A stretch of DNA of 57,131 nucleotides from Octopus bimaculoides (lineage: Eukaryota), in assembly GCF_001194135.2 (NCBI RefSeq), contig NC_068992.1, positions 209,184 through 266,314 of the forward strand. The letters are read 5' to 3'. The position numbers were made by a program, and so were the translations under genes. Numbering within the stretch: the first letter of the stretch is position 1; every line of letters begins with the position of its first letter. Shown piece by piece: positions 12,371-24,430 of the stretch. The notes beneath the pieces were generated by a model. That model was not told the DNA's origin, did no database searches, and saw only the letters and a program-made list of their open reading frames with translations.

Positions 12371-12679
12371 AACATGTAAGTGGGTGAGTATTCCATAGAC
12401 GTTTGCACCTTTAATACAATATACATGATGAGACTGGATCTTAGAATTTCAGGAACAATACAGCTGACGAGATTCCACTCAGTTTTTGCCCACCTAATTT
12501 CAATCACAAAATTTGCGTCCACCTGAGATAAAGGTAAAAAATACTTGATGACTGAGATGCTACCTCGTGGGATTGAACTCAAGGCTCAGGATTTCGAAGA
12601 GAGCATCTTAACTATTAAGCGCTGCTTGCGTTCTGTCTTTGAACTTACAAACTATAAATATTAGAAGTGGGACAAATGT

Positions 12680-12870
12680 TAGCTCTTCTACGTGGTAGTG
12701 TAAGCTGATAGAAACAGCAGCTAAATCTTCCTTCAATAATTCTCTACTGTTTAAGAAAGAGAGGATAATGTATTAGATATATATGATGGCTGAAAGTAAA
12801 ATGAGTTAGTCATGGCAGAATAATTTAGATCATTGCTTGACTCGATCCGGGCAGAACAAAAACAACACAA
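12680..12870 (+). mobile_element. Old retroposon 3' tail (family E) ending in (CAA)-rich tail
   Basis: Weak similarity by eye to 13100-13300, 23200-23390 and, reversed, 51130-51350. Confidence 0.35.
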
Positions 12871-13936
12871 TGCTAAGATTACAGAACTAAATAAGTTTTG
12901 GGCGATATTTAAACAATTCTACAAGATGGATGGACAAATTTTTTTTATTTCTTAAGACTGTCTATAAACTTACAAAAATGTTCCGCATCAGCAAGTTTTT
13001 CAGGAAAGCATTTTATTAAATTTCTTTGAGTGACAAATGAACAAATTAAGAGAATTTTTTTTATACTTAATGACTTGGCTTTTTTCAATAAAACATCTTA
13101 TATTTAGAACCAACGGAGAATATCTGTATAGTCGCTCAACCTACCAGAAAAAGAACAAAATCTCCCTCATATCACACACTTCTCAAAAATGTACTCCTAG
13201 ATACACTATCTCTTAAAATAAAATATAAAAGAGATGACCGTGTTTGTAATACATTTGGTCTTAGGTATGTCTATTCTGGACTGATTCGAGATTAAATTAC
13301 AGCACTTTTCTTTTTAGTTTTCTACGGGTTTCTTAGGCATTCAAGAACGTTCAATATTCAAAATCTGATCGCAAACGTCGTTGTCATCTTCATCCTTACA
13401 GTTAGTTTCTTTTCACCTCGATCAATTTTTCGAGGAGAATTAGATTAAGTGATGTATATATTGCGCAAGTCCCATGTAGTATCAGTAAGCTTGCTGTAAA
13501 TTCCAGGCAGTATATCTCTCCCAGTATATAATTATTGTTACTGCTATTCGTAAAAGACCACCACGGTTTGATTTGATTGTGCGTTAATAAAATCTGTTAA
13601 ATGCTCGCTGGTGTTGTTCTGTCACTTTTTCACGCAACCCCAGAAACATATTTCCATTCATCAGCTCAACCAATCACCACAGTAGACCAATAACAACACC
13701 CAAGTGACAACCTGTTTGGCTTTAATGAAGGCGGTAGGCAGGTATAGATAACTAACATACTGGAAAGGCACACAAAGCGTATTATCATATTTAGTTTCAT
13801 CCCTTCCAATTCTGAGTTCAAATCCTGCTTGAGCTAACTTTTTCTTTTATATCACAGGGTTGGAAATATTACAGACCAACAGTATGAAAAACATTTTTGT
13901 CTTCTTCCTGAGATAGAATCAGTGAGTGATAATTCC

Positions 13937-14137
13937 TATTGGTTTCAAATTTTTGACACAAAGCTAGCAAGTTCGGGGGAGGGGTAAGTCAATTACATCG
14001 ACCCTAGTGCTCAACTGGTGCTTATTATATCGACTCTGAAAGGATGAAAAGTAAAGTCGAACTCAGAATGTAATGACGGACGAAATGCCGCTAAGCATTT
14101 CTCCTTGTGTGCTAACGATTCTGCCGGCTCGCTGCCA
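13937..14137 (-). mobile_element. SINE family A
   Basis: Reverse complement of the head (GCTAACGATTCTGCCGGCTCGCTGCC) and core (GAAAGGATGAAAAGTAAAGTCGA). Confidence 0.85.
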
Positions 14138-14539
14138 TGATGATAATCCCTATTAACTGTAAAATTGTCTTTACTTTTCCTATTCGTAAAACACTGACCT
14201 TTTGCTTGTATAGGAAACCTAGATGATTGATGAAAGGGGTAGAAATAGCCAACAAAATAAAGTATCATCTAAATGCATTTAGTTTGATCTCTTTGAGATT
14301 CAAGTTCAAAACCCGCGAGAGTTAACTTTATTTTCATATCCTGGAACCTAGATCTAATCACCGTCTTTCATTAGCTGAATGAAACTTTGGAGGCATTGAG
14401 AATCGAAATAAATCAATAAATTAATGAAGCTATTAAAAATATTTCTTTAAACTGGAGACATTGGCAGCAACTATTTCGCCGAGAGTGCAAAATCGATGGT
14501 TGCAAGGCGTAAATAGTCTGCTCTTTGTTACGATTAATA

Positions 14540-14680
14540 AAAAGAAACCAAATAGAGCCACCACCAAAGAACAAAATGTAACAAAACAATGTTTAAGCAT
14601 CGATTATTTCCCTTGCAGAAACTGAAATTATAATTGTCCTCAAGACTGTGTATGGAGATGAAACTTTCTTCTACATTAAT
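14540..14680 (+). mobile_element. Possible mariner N-terminal relic
   Basis: QIEPPPKNK...ETEIIIVLKTVYGDET resembles mariner EI...L..VYG. Short and degenerate. Confidence 0.3.
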
Positions 14681-15817
14681 TACGCAGTCAATTTGTAATG
14701 CAATTATATGTGGAAATACGAATATATTCATTAGGGAATTAAACATACCGAGACATTCACCACATTTCAATAATATGCAAATAAGTCATTTCTTAATTGT
14801 TCATTAGAGAAGTGGCAACACCTTTGAGCAACAGGAAATTCCCCTGTGACTCAGTTTCGATTCTCAGTCGGTGCTAATTCATTTACATTGTTAATAGTGG
14901 ATGAAATAAATATGAACATTATGGTAGGCCCATTTATCCTACCAACCAAAACCTAAGGATTCACTGTCTTTACAACATAGAAAACTAATATTTTAAGGAA
15001 GTGTCTGGAGCGCTGTCGATACAGAAGCAAGATCCAGTTTTATTCGGAGCCAGGGAAAAACATTGTCTTTCCAATTTTTTTTTTTTTTGTCAACTAACAC
15101 GGACAAAATGTATACAAACGGTATACATTTTCTATAAAATCAGTTTTGTTGATTCTCCGAAACGCGATGAAAGCATTAAATAAATAATTATCCAATCTAT
15201 ACACATACACACACACACATATATATAACTTCGGATTAGCTATAAATATGAAAATGAAAAAAGAAAAGAGACAACTTTCGATAATATACTTTAAATGGTA
15301 AACAAATGTAGATCAATTATGGCCATATTTTTCAAATAAGAGGTAGATACACTGAAATAGATTTTACTCATCATTTTCTTCTCCGTGTAGACTTGAACTG
15401 GAAAAGTTTGGAAAAGTTTCTTATGGGTCTGAGCCGTATTACACGCAACTACGAGAACTGAACTCACGGATGTTATGTTTCTTGCTCAGAAATAAAATGT
15501 CGTACTTACCTGTATTGGACTATGGTAGACATTATCGTTTACTTTCTCATATTTGTCCCTTTTGTTAAATGTTTGTTTTTATGCTTTACTTAATTATTAT
15601 ATTGGCGTTTTTCGAGTATTTCAAATGTTAACTGGTAACGGCACCATAGTCTGTTGGAAATCAAGGAAATAGAAGAAATGCAATTAGACCAAGAGACTAT
15701 TAAAGTACACAGCCACGCACGCACACATGCACAGGCACGCGCACACACATACGTATACTGAGACGCACACATACGAATATATACATACATAGAGATACAT
15801 CTATATGCATATGCATA

Positions 15818-15897
<80 letters not shown>

Positions 15898-15906
15898 GAC
15901 ATCTAA

Positions 15907-16086
15907 TACGAAGGTAGTCAAAAAGTAATGCCATTTTGTTTAGAACAGGTATAATTACCAACACAGGAACATATATCATACGTCAAAATGAAGCTGGTCC
16001 TCTGTGAATCGCATCCCCACTTCTCAACATAGTCACCGTTTATCTCAATAGCAATGTTCCACCTTCGAGTGAGAGCATGTATCCCT
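15907..16086 (-). mobile_element. mariner 3' end with TIR (second copy)
   Basis: TA-CGAAGGTAGTCAAAAAGTAATGCCATTTTG..., closely similar to 3857-4035. Confidence 0.85.
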
Positions 16087-16114
16087 TATTTACTTTTGGA
16101 GCGGTTTTGTGTTT

Positions 16115-16350
16115 TTCTTATTTCTTTATTGCCCACAAGGGGCTAAACACAGAAGGGACAAACAAAGACAGACAAAGGGATTAAGTCGATTACATCGACC
16201 CCAGTGCGTAACTGGTACTTAATTTATCGACCCCGAAAGGATGAAAGGCAAAGTGGACCTCGGCGGAATTTGAACTCACAACGTAACGGCAGACAAAGTA
16301 CCGTTAAGCATTTCGCCCGGCGTGCTAACGATTCTGCCAGCTCACCGCCT
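16115..16350 (-). mobile_element. Full-length SINE family A with tail 2
   Basis: Reverse complement reads GGCGGTGAGCTGGCAGAATCGTTAGCACGCCGGGCG...GTTCAAATTCC...GCCCCTTGTGGGCAATAAAGAAATAAGAA. Confidence 0.95.
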
Positions 16351-16569
16351 TTGTTTTGTGTTTTTCTGTTGACGGTTTTTTCTGGTTCCTTCGATACTGG
16401 CTCTTTGGTTCACTGAGTAACAAATTTCGCTTCAACACGAATAAATGTTTATTTTCAGTAAAAATTTCTTATTTACTTTCTGCCCGTCGTATTAAGAAAC
16501 AATTTCTATTATCAAGTTATTTTCATTGTTTATTGTCTTCTGAACTTATGTATTAGTGTGTACGTATAT

Positions 16570-16980
16570 AACCACGCCTAGAAGGAAAGTGTCAAATTTG
16601 TCTACAATGTCAAGGTCAGCCAATATAATGCCTCTGTCTAGGGAAAGAGAAACAGCTGCAGAAAGGGAAGCACGCCAAGAAACGAACATACTGTGCACTA
16701 CAAAAACCAGAGCATCTCAAAGTGATAAACAAAGGTATGCACGGCTGACTAGTAATAGTATCCCAGCTGCAAAACGAAGAGCGGTTGCAACAGCTCAGAG
16801 AAGCAACTTCTATGAAGCAGTTTTCAATTATACAGTTCATTTTGCAGATGACACTAGAGTTTCTATTGGTGCAATGATAACTGAGTGCATACATTGTAAA
16901 GCAAGGAAGTAGCCTGGAGAGACATCTGCTCTGTGCTGCAGTGGTGGAAAGGTTAAACTCCCAGCAATCTCCCAAAGCTA
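16570..16980 (+). mobile_element. Helitron Rep/Hel N-terminal fragment (pseudogenised)
   Basis: PRRKVSNLS...AVFNY...SIGAMITECIHCKARK*PGETSALCCSGGKVKLP matches the Helitron IG.M...C.HC.A.K...E...CC..GKV.LP motif, with an in-frame stop at 16910-16912. Confidence 0.75.
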
Positions 16981-19900
16981 GACAAAACGTGTTTTTAAAT
17001 TACGTATATTTACTTTATATACATATATGAGTTGAAACTTTCTTTTAACATTTCACTTAACGCCTATAATCCATGCTAGTATGGGCTGGAGAGTTATTAA
17101 TATAGAAAGTTGGTATCTCAGCTACTAGCAGTTGAGNNNNNNNNNNNNNNNNNNNNNNNNNNNNNNNNNNNNNNNNNNNNNNNNNNNNNNNNNNNNNNNN
17201 NNNNNNNNNNNNNNNNNNNNNNNNNNNNNNNNNNNNNNNNNNNNNNNNNNNNNNNNNNNNNNNNNNNNNNNNNNNNNNNNNNNNNNNNNNNNNNNNNNNN
17301 NNNNNNNNNNNNNNNNNNNNNNNNNNNNNNNNNNNNNNNNNNNNNNNNNNNNNNNNNNNNNNNNNNNNNNNNNNNNNNNNNNNNNNNNNNNNNNNNNNNN
17401 NNNNNNNNNNNNNNNNNNNNNNNNNNNNNNNNNNNNNNNNNNNNNNNNNNNNNNNNNNNNNNNNNNNNNNNNNNNNNNNNNNNNNNNNNNNNNNNNNNNN
17501 NNNNNNNNNNNNNNNNNNNNNNNNNNNNNNNNNNNNNNNNNNNNNNNNNNNNNNNNNNNNNNTATATATATAATATATATACATACAGCTAAATATTCCC
17601 GAACGTTGTAGGTCTTTTGTTAGTCAGTTGTTCAGCAGGACGGAAAGCGGGAAAGGAATAAAGAAACGCAGATATTTGAGTATTCCTGTAACCATATACT
17701 AGTGAGTGTTGGTGATCTGAATCTCGTATACAATGATTACAAACAACCTTTATGATTTCACTAGTACACGACAGAAACACATTGAACATTCAAATATCAG
17801 CATTCTGTCATTCCTTTTCGTTTTCTATCCAGTGAAGATGCTGGATCCCTCGGGATGTAGTTGGTGATAACTTCAATACAATAAACGGTAGATTCTGTAA
17901 GGCTAACATGCAGCTTGATGTCATCTTGGGAATTATGATAAAAGATGTCACATGAGGAAGAGATTTCTAGTGTTGATGCAGTCTGACTGCGATGCAAAGT
18001 CAGTTAAATATTCATAACTTAATTTTATATTGTTTTGGCTCAATATTTTATGGTAGCTATGGATGGCGAGGAAGTATGCATGTAATTATTTTTAAAAAGT
18101 GCTTAGTGATGTGCTTTTAAAGAAGTGTTCAGCGTACAACGGGGCTGAATAGTGGGTTAAACCCCAAAATATTTAGTGTTCGTTGTTTGTATGGGTATGA
18201 TATGATAGCTTTGTTTTCTATGTAACTAATGGTTTTAACTTATATTCTTAACTGCTCAGTGCTAAATTTGAATTCAGTGAATATCAGACTGATATTCCTT
18301 ATGGTCACCTCTTAACTATTCCAAATTCAAACATATTTAGATTTCCTAATTTATTTACATACTGTTTTCCTCTCCATCTCAATCTGAACGTTATTGTATC
18401 TCCCCATAGTCGTATCTCCATCTTCATTTGTTTTAGTTACCCCTATAGTCACTATCAACACTTTTTTTTATCGTCCCTGAATCGTTTGTACAAGAACCTT
18501 TGCATTGGGAAAGTAATGCATTCGCGAAAAACTTGTCGTTATACGAAATCTCTTAACACGAAATTAGTTTTCCCGTTGATTCTGATGTTGTGAATTAATA
18601 ATGAGTTCAGAAGAATTTGTTTTCGAAAAAATAACTACAAAAACTAACAATATGACCTATTTCATACATAAACACGACAAACATTTTGAAAGCAATATTT
18701 TTCTACATGTAGTATATTTGGTTAGTTCTGTGCCTCTTTGGGGTCACCAGAATGTCAATAACGACCTAGTCTTTGACATGCTGTGATTCAAGGGAGGAAT
18801 ACGTTGTGAGGGCTTGTAATTATTTTCTATTGATCCGTACTCAAAAATCCCTCTTGAGTTTTGCTGTGCTGCACCTGTCTGCAATGAAGAAATCTACCAC
18901 TCGACAATGCTAAGTAAAACGAAACTTGGATTTTCTGAGTCCAAATCCCGCCTACCTGGAGAAAGCAACGGAAAACCATTCCATTATTCATCTCAAGTCT
19001 AGTCATCGGAGACGAAACTACTTAACTGCAGCAGTGGAGAGTACGGGCTCTCCTAGGTCGTACAGAGTGTGCTGGATAAGATTCACATGCGCTGGACCTG
19101 CTGAAAGGCAGATCACCATTAAACTACAGACATGAGTAAAGTCTTTAACTTTATTTCCCCAGTGGCATTTCCTCGAAGATGAAGCGTCAGAGGACTTTTG
19201 GGAGCTTTAAGTTCTGGTGTTGATTTTTCTTCTCGAGAACTAAAACTTCTTGTTGGTTTGAGTTACCAGAAAAGGAGACACTCAGTGCTAGGCAAGCATC
19301 GTGTCTATGATATATCGTAGATATTCTGATAGAATATACCCCATGACGATATCATCGTAAGTTTTCAATTTACTTCAATTTCTTTCGACAAGGACTTTGA
19401 CAGACTGTAGGGAAAGGAAACCGAGATCTGTTGATGTTCATAACTTTTTCAAGTGCATAAGTGAAAGATATCAAATCAAACAATCCCAAATGGGATTCGA
19501 AATGCTTGAATGGACGCATCCCTACGAGAGTTTATCCTGTCTGTAATGTACATCAAATGAAATGAACTCAATCGTTCGTGAAAAGTGTTTCGTCTGTATT
19601 TCTTTATGACTTGACCGTATATTTGTGGAGAGAACTGATGATTTCATGCCATTCCTAACAACATAAGCGAAGTAAAGAAGTGAAATAATCTCAAACGATA
19701 CGTGAGAATGTTTGGTGGCTTCAGCTTGCAGGGGAATGATGTCAAGCTTAACAATAAAGATGTTGAATTTCCATTTGTAAATGGTTATCAAATATTAAAT
19801 AGCGTAGGGGGGTAAATAGAGAGAGAGAGAGATGAGAAAAAGTGGGGGTGAAAGAGAGAGAGTAAAGATGCGTATAGTTATAGTTAGGGTTAGTGGGGAT

Positions 19901-20261
19901 GGTTTTGGTGGTGGAGGTAATGGCGGCGGCGGCGGCAACGGCGGCTGTAGTGGTGGTGGGGGTGGCGGTGATGGTTTGGGTCACGGTGGTGGTGGAGGGG
20001 CAACTGGTGGTGGTAGTGGTTGCAGTAATCAGACGTTATCATTAGAAGTAAGCTCAACACGAAGACACAAATACAATGCCACTTCACGATTCCAACTCAG
20101 ATAAGACCCAGAAACTTGTTGAAATGCATGAGTTATCAGTAAAAAGAGGATTAAACTGAACGGTTTTGACAATATGGTCGATATTAGATTCAGTGTTGTT
20201 ATTTTGTTGTGTTGCTGTTGACGTTGGTGTAGTTTCTTGTCGTAACGGCACTAGTATAGAC

Positions 20262-20322
<61 letters not shown>

Positions 20323-20418
20323 TCATCGTAGATACAATACTGATGAAGCGACCATGACACTACTACTACTACTACTACTACTNNNNNNNNNNTACTACTA
20401 CTACTACTACTACTACTA
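20262..20418. repeat. Fold-back microsatellite (AGT)n-TGTCAT / spacer / ATGACA-(CTA)n
   Basis: Arms 20262-20326 and 20354-20418 are reverse complements, including unique TGTCAT/ATGACA. 27-nt spacer; 10-N gap in the right arm. Confidence 0.85.
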
Positions 20419-20689
20419 TATTACGGAGATGTACTTGGATAGCAAGTGACCTGATCTGAGATCGTGTGCTAGAACGAAAACAATTGCAGCGTGGAAGGTG
20501 TTTATAAGCCATTTAAGAATCAGACAAAAACCTTTAGATTCACTTCAACATTTAAATTTAATTTGCCAAAATATTTTCGTCACTTTGAGACCGCGACTGA
20601 CAAAATTCCGTGCTGCATCTCGGAATTTTGCCAGTGAACAGGTTGCGGTCTCAAAGCGACGAAAATATTTTGGCAAATTAAATTTAAAT
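20419..20689. mobile_element. Palindromic MITE (right part lost in gap)
   Basis: Starts at a TA. 20550-20610 and 20621-20689 are near-perfect inverted arms around loop TGCTGCATCT, apart from a short indel. The gap begins exactly where the right arm should continue. Confidence 0.75.
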
Positions 20690-21325
20690 NNNNNNNNNNN
20701 NNNNNNNNNNNNNNNNNNNNNNNNNNNNNNNNNNNNNNNNNNNNNNNNNNNNNNNNNNNNNNNNNNNNNNNNNNNNNNNNNNNNNNNNNNNNNNNNNNNN
20801 NNNNNNNNNNNNNNNNNNNNNNNNNNNNNNNNNNNNNNNNNNNNNNNNNNNNNNNNNNNNNNNNNNNNNNNNNNNNNNNNNNNNNNNNNNNNNNNNNNNN
20901 NNNNNNNNNNNNNNNNNNNNNNNNNNNNNNNNNNNNNNNNNNNNNNNNNNNNNNNNNNNNNNNNNNNNNNNNNNNNNNNNNNNNNNNNNNNNNNNNNNNN
21001 NNNNNNNNNNNNNNNNNNNNNNNNNNNNNNNNNNNNNNNNNNNNNNNNNNNNNNNNNNNNNNNNNNNNNNNNNNNNNNNNNNNNNNNNNNNNNNNNNNNN
21101 NNNNNNNNNNNNNNNNNNNNNNNNNNNNNNNNNNNNNNNNNNNNNNNNNNNNNNNNNNNNNNNNNNNNNNNNNNNNNNNNNNNNNNNNNNNNNNNNNNNN
21201 NNNNNNNNNNNNNNNNNNNNNNNNNNNNNNNNNNNNNNNNNNNNNNNNNNNNNNNNNNNNNNNNNNNNNNNNNNNNNNNNNNNNNNNNNNNNNNNNNNNN
21301 NNNNNNNNNNNNNNNNNNNNNNNNN

Positions 21326-21663
21326 CCCCAGGACTGTTTTTTAAGCTTAGTACTTATTCTATCGGACTTCTTTAATCGAATTGCTAATTTTTAGGGGGAG
21401 GTAAACACACGAACACCGGTTGTCAAGTGGTGATGGGTGAGGGACAAATACAGAGACAAAGACACATACACGAGCACACGCACACGCACACATACATATA
21501 CGACGGGCTTCTTTCAGTTTCCGTTTACCAAATCCAGCCAGAAGGCTTTGGTCGGGCCGGTGCTATAGCAGAAGACACTTGCCCAAGGTGTCACGCAGTG
21601 GGACTGAACCCGGAACCATGTGGTTGGAAAGCAGGCTTCTTATCACACAGCCACACCTGCACC
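21326..21663 (-). mobile_element. SINE family D
   Basis: Reverse complement of GCAGGTGTGGCTGTGTG...GGTTCCGGGTTCAGTCCC...GAAAGAAGCCCGTCG plus tail. Confidence 0.85.
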
Positions 21664-21672
21664 TATGTGTGT

Positions 21673-21779
<107 letters not shown>

Positions 21780-22120
21780 TATGTCCTGGGTATTACTTGA
21801 AACTACATCCGGTTGCGAGGCTCTGATTCGGGATTTACAGGATTTCCAAGAATGTCGAATCTCCTTTAAGCCACTTTTGTTCCCAGGCCTCCCCTAACCC
21901 GAATTAGCAGTACCCCTCAGAGTCCCAGCTATAGGTTACCTAGGATATGTGATGACAATCCATTTGAAGGTAGCGGTGCAGAAATATTCTTGGCAGTTAT
22001 CAAGACGCGCAGTGTAACCAACGGGTGTGAGGAACCCGTAGCTGTTGTCCTAGAAGAGGGGCACTCTGATGAAAAAGCCTGCAGTTTAACGTGATTAACG
22101 GCCATCTTGTTTCGGCCTTG

Positions 22121-22463
22121 TGAAGGCGCATGTCTCAGTGGTTAGAGCGTCGAGTTTACGATAGCAAAGTTGTGAGTTCGATTCCCGGATCGGGCTGCGT
22201 GTTGTGTTCTTGAGCAAGACACTTTATTTCACATTGCTCCAGTTCACTCAGCTGTAGAAATGAGTTGCGACGTTACTGGTGCCAAGCTGTATCGGCCCCT
22301 TTGCCTTCCCCTTGGATAACATTGGTGACGTAGAGAGGGGGAGGCTGGTATGCATGGGCGACTGTTGGTCTTCCATAAACAGACTTGCCCGAACTTGTGC
22401 CTCGGAGGGTAACTTTCTAGGTACAATCCCATAGTTATTCATGACCGAAGGAGGTCACCCACC
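22121..22463 (+). mobile_element. Full-length tRNA-derived SINE family C
   Basis: A box and B box GTTCGATTCCC, CORE-like segment, tail to GACCGAAGGAGGTC. 12-bp TSD GTTTCGGCCTTG (22109-22120, 22464-22475). Confidence 0.9.
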
Positions 22464-22539
22464 GTTTCGGCCTTGCACTAGGTACTGATTATGAAGGCTC
22501 AGAGTGTGGTCCCCTTGTTGTACAAGCGTTTATCACTTC

Positions 22540-22823
22540 ATTTCAGTGATGCACTGGTGTCTCTTTATGGTGGCCTCGTTTGCTATTCCATCTTCTGAAA
22601 GTCCTATAGTGATAGAAGAGGGCGACATATGCGGACCACACCGTCTGGAAGTGTTCAGTAAGATGCAACATTCGTGTGTCACCTGTGCTTCAAACCATGC
22701 AAATCATCTGCAACGGGACTGAATAATCATCTGAGAGATCATGGATGGAATGTCAGAAATGCCTTTGACAACGAAGAAGCCAAAAGGAGACAGCAACCAT
22801 CAGTAAAGATGGAGCAATCACCA
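22540..22823 (+). mobile_element. RTE-clade LINE 3' end with C2H2 zinc finger
   Basis: FVCHLCFKPCKSSATGLNNHLRDH (C..C...C.S..GL..H.R.H). Ends AAGATGGAGCAATCACCA like 28290-28563 and 34710-35123. Confidence 0.65.
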
Positions 22824-22899
22824 TGTGTATACGTAATCCTCCTACATAATTTGTGGCCATGTACCAATGCAAAAGAATAAAGGGCAATACGTCAGGGGC

Positions 22900-23165
22900 A
22901 GACATTGATGTGTGGTTAAAGAGTTCAATTTACAACCACGTGGTTTCGGGTTCATTCCCACGACACGTTGGACATATATTTTCTACCATAGCCTCGGACC
23001 GACCAATGGACTGCGAGTGACTCTGGTAGTCAAAAACTGTATGGAAGCCTGTCTTATATGTATGTTTGTTTGTGTTTGTTCTCTACCACCACCACCACCA
23101 CCACCACTTTACAACCGGTGTTGATTTGTTTATTTTCATTGCCTTCGTTGACCTGCCACTAAACG
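22900..23165 (+). mobile_element. SINE family D, diverged
   Basis: TGTGTGGTTAA...GGTTTCGGGTTCATTCCC...ATAGCCTCGGACCGACC. Confidence 0.65.
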
Positions 23166-24430
23166 ACAACAACAACAACAACAGCAACTATTTTAAAAGC
23201 CTTTACTTAGTCGCTCGACCTTGTGGAAATAACAGCTAACTCTTCTTCTTTCAACACTGTATTTTCTTTGATGAAGAAAAAGAAAAAGACATTAAACATT
23301 ATGAGTGAGAAAATGAAAGACGGTATGGTCACATTTAGACTGCCTTTGATTCTAGATTTGCAAGATCAGGGCTGACTTTGGGCGAAAGAGCAATTTTAGA
23401 TTGACAGACAAGCATTAATCCCTAATCATGCAACACGTTTCCCTCGGGGCCGATAATAGGGTTAAAGGAGATTTGAATCCTGATAGAAGCGCTGACAACG
23501 TAGCGGTTCCATGAGTAATTCTTTCAGTCCTACGACATAATGAAATAAAAGGCCAATAGATATGAGTGGAATGAAGTTCTGGCTATTTTTATCTTGCTGC
23601 ACTATCTTGTTTTGTATTTTCCTCTTCGATCATGTTTCCATTCCAATTCCAATTAACCAGAGACAACTGAATTTCAATTCCATTTGTCTGGAGAGAACCG
23701 AAGGGTATTAAAAGAGATGTTAGACTTTATATTGACCAGTAAACGCACAACATACATATATATACACATATATGCACACATACGTATATACATACATATA
23801 CACACATACATATATACATACATGTACACACATGTATACATATGTACACTTACATATGTACACACTCACAAACCTATATACACAATTAACTACATACATC
23901 CGTCTATATGTACATCGATGTACACACACATATATATATATACATATTGATTCCAACATCCGTACATACATGTACATGTGCACACAAACCCACACACACA
24001 CATACGTAAATGTGTATGTACGAATATATGTGCGTGTGCGTGTGCGTACGTATATGTGCATGAATGTATATACGTGTGCCTATGTGTATTGCAAATTAGA
24101 GGACGAATCAATGGTTTGTTACTATTTTAAAAGAATATTATTTTGTAATTTAACTTGGAATTAACTTCTTTATCATTTTTTTTTAAGTAAGAAAAAAAAA
24201 AGAAAGAAATTGAGTTCACAGCGTATTGAAAGCAGTACTATGCTGGGATTACACTGTGATCATTTAAAAAGACAGAGAGAATGTTTCAGTCAGTTTTATT
24301 TCATTTCTACCAGAGATATTTATAGATTACTCTGATTGGTTCAAAGTTACAGATTGTTAAGGACAAGTTAGAGATAGCGATTTCTGTTTAATAGTATCAT
24401 TTCTGTTTAATAGTATATTACTGGCAGAAA

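Noticed and set aside
15503-15512. U1 snRNA 5' end (TACTTACCTG)
   Set aside because: Only 10 nt match, with no U1 stem-loops or Sm site. Better read as a minus-strand splice donor.
21781-22108. RTE 5' UTR / endonuclease start on the minus strand
   Set aside because: Only RRFDILG is suggestive; too degenerate to call.
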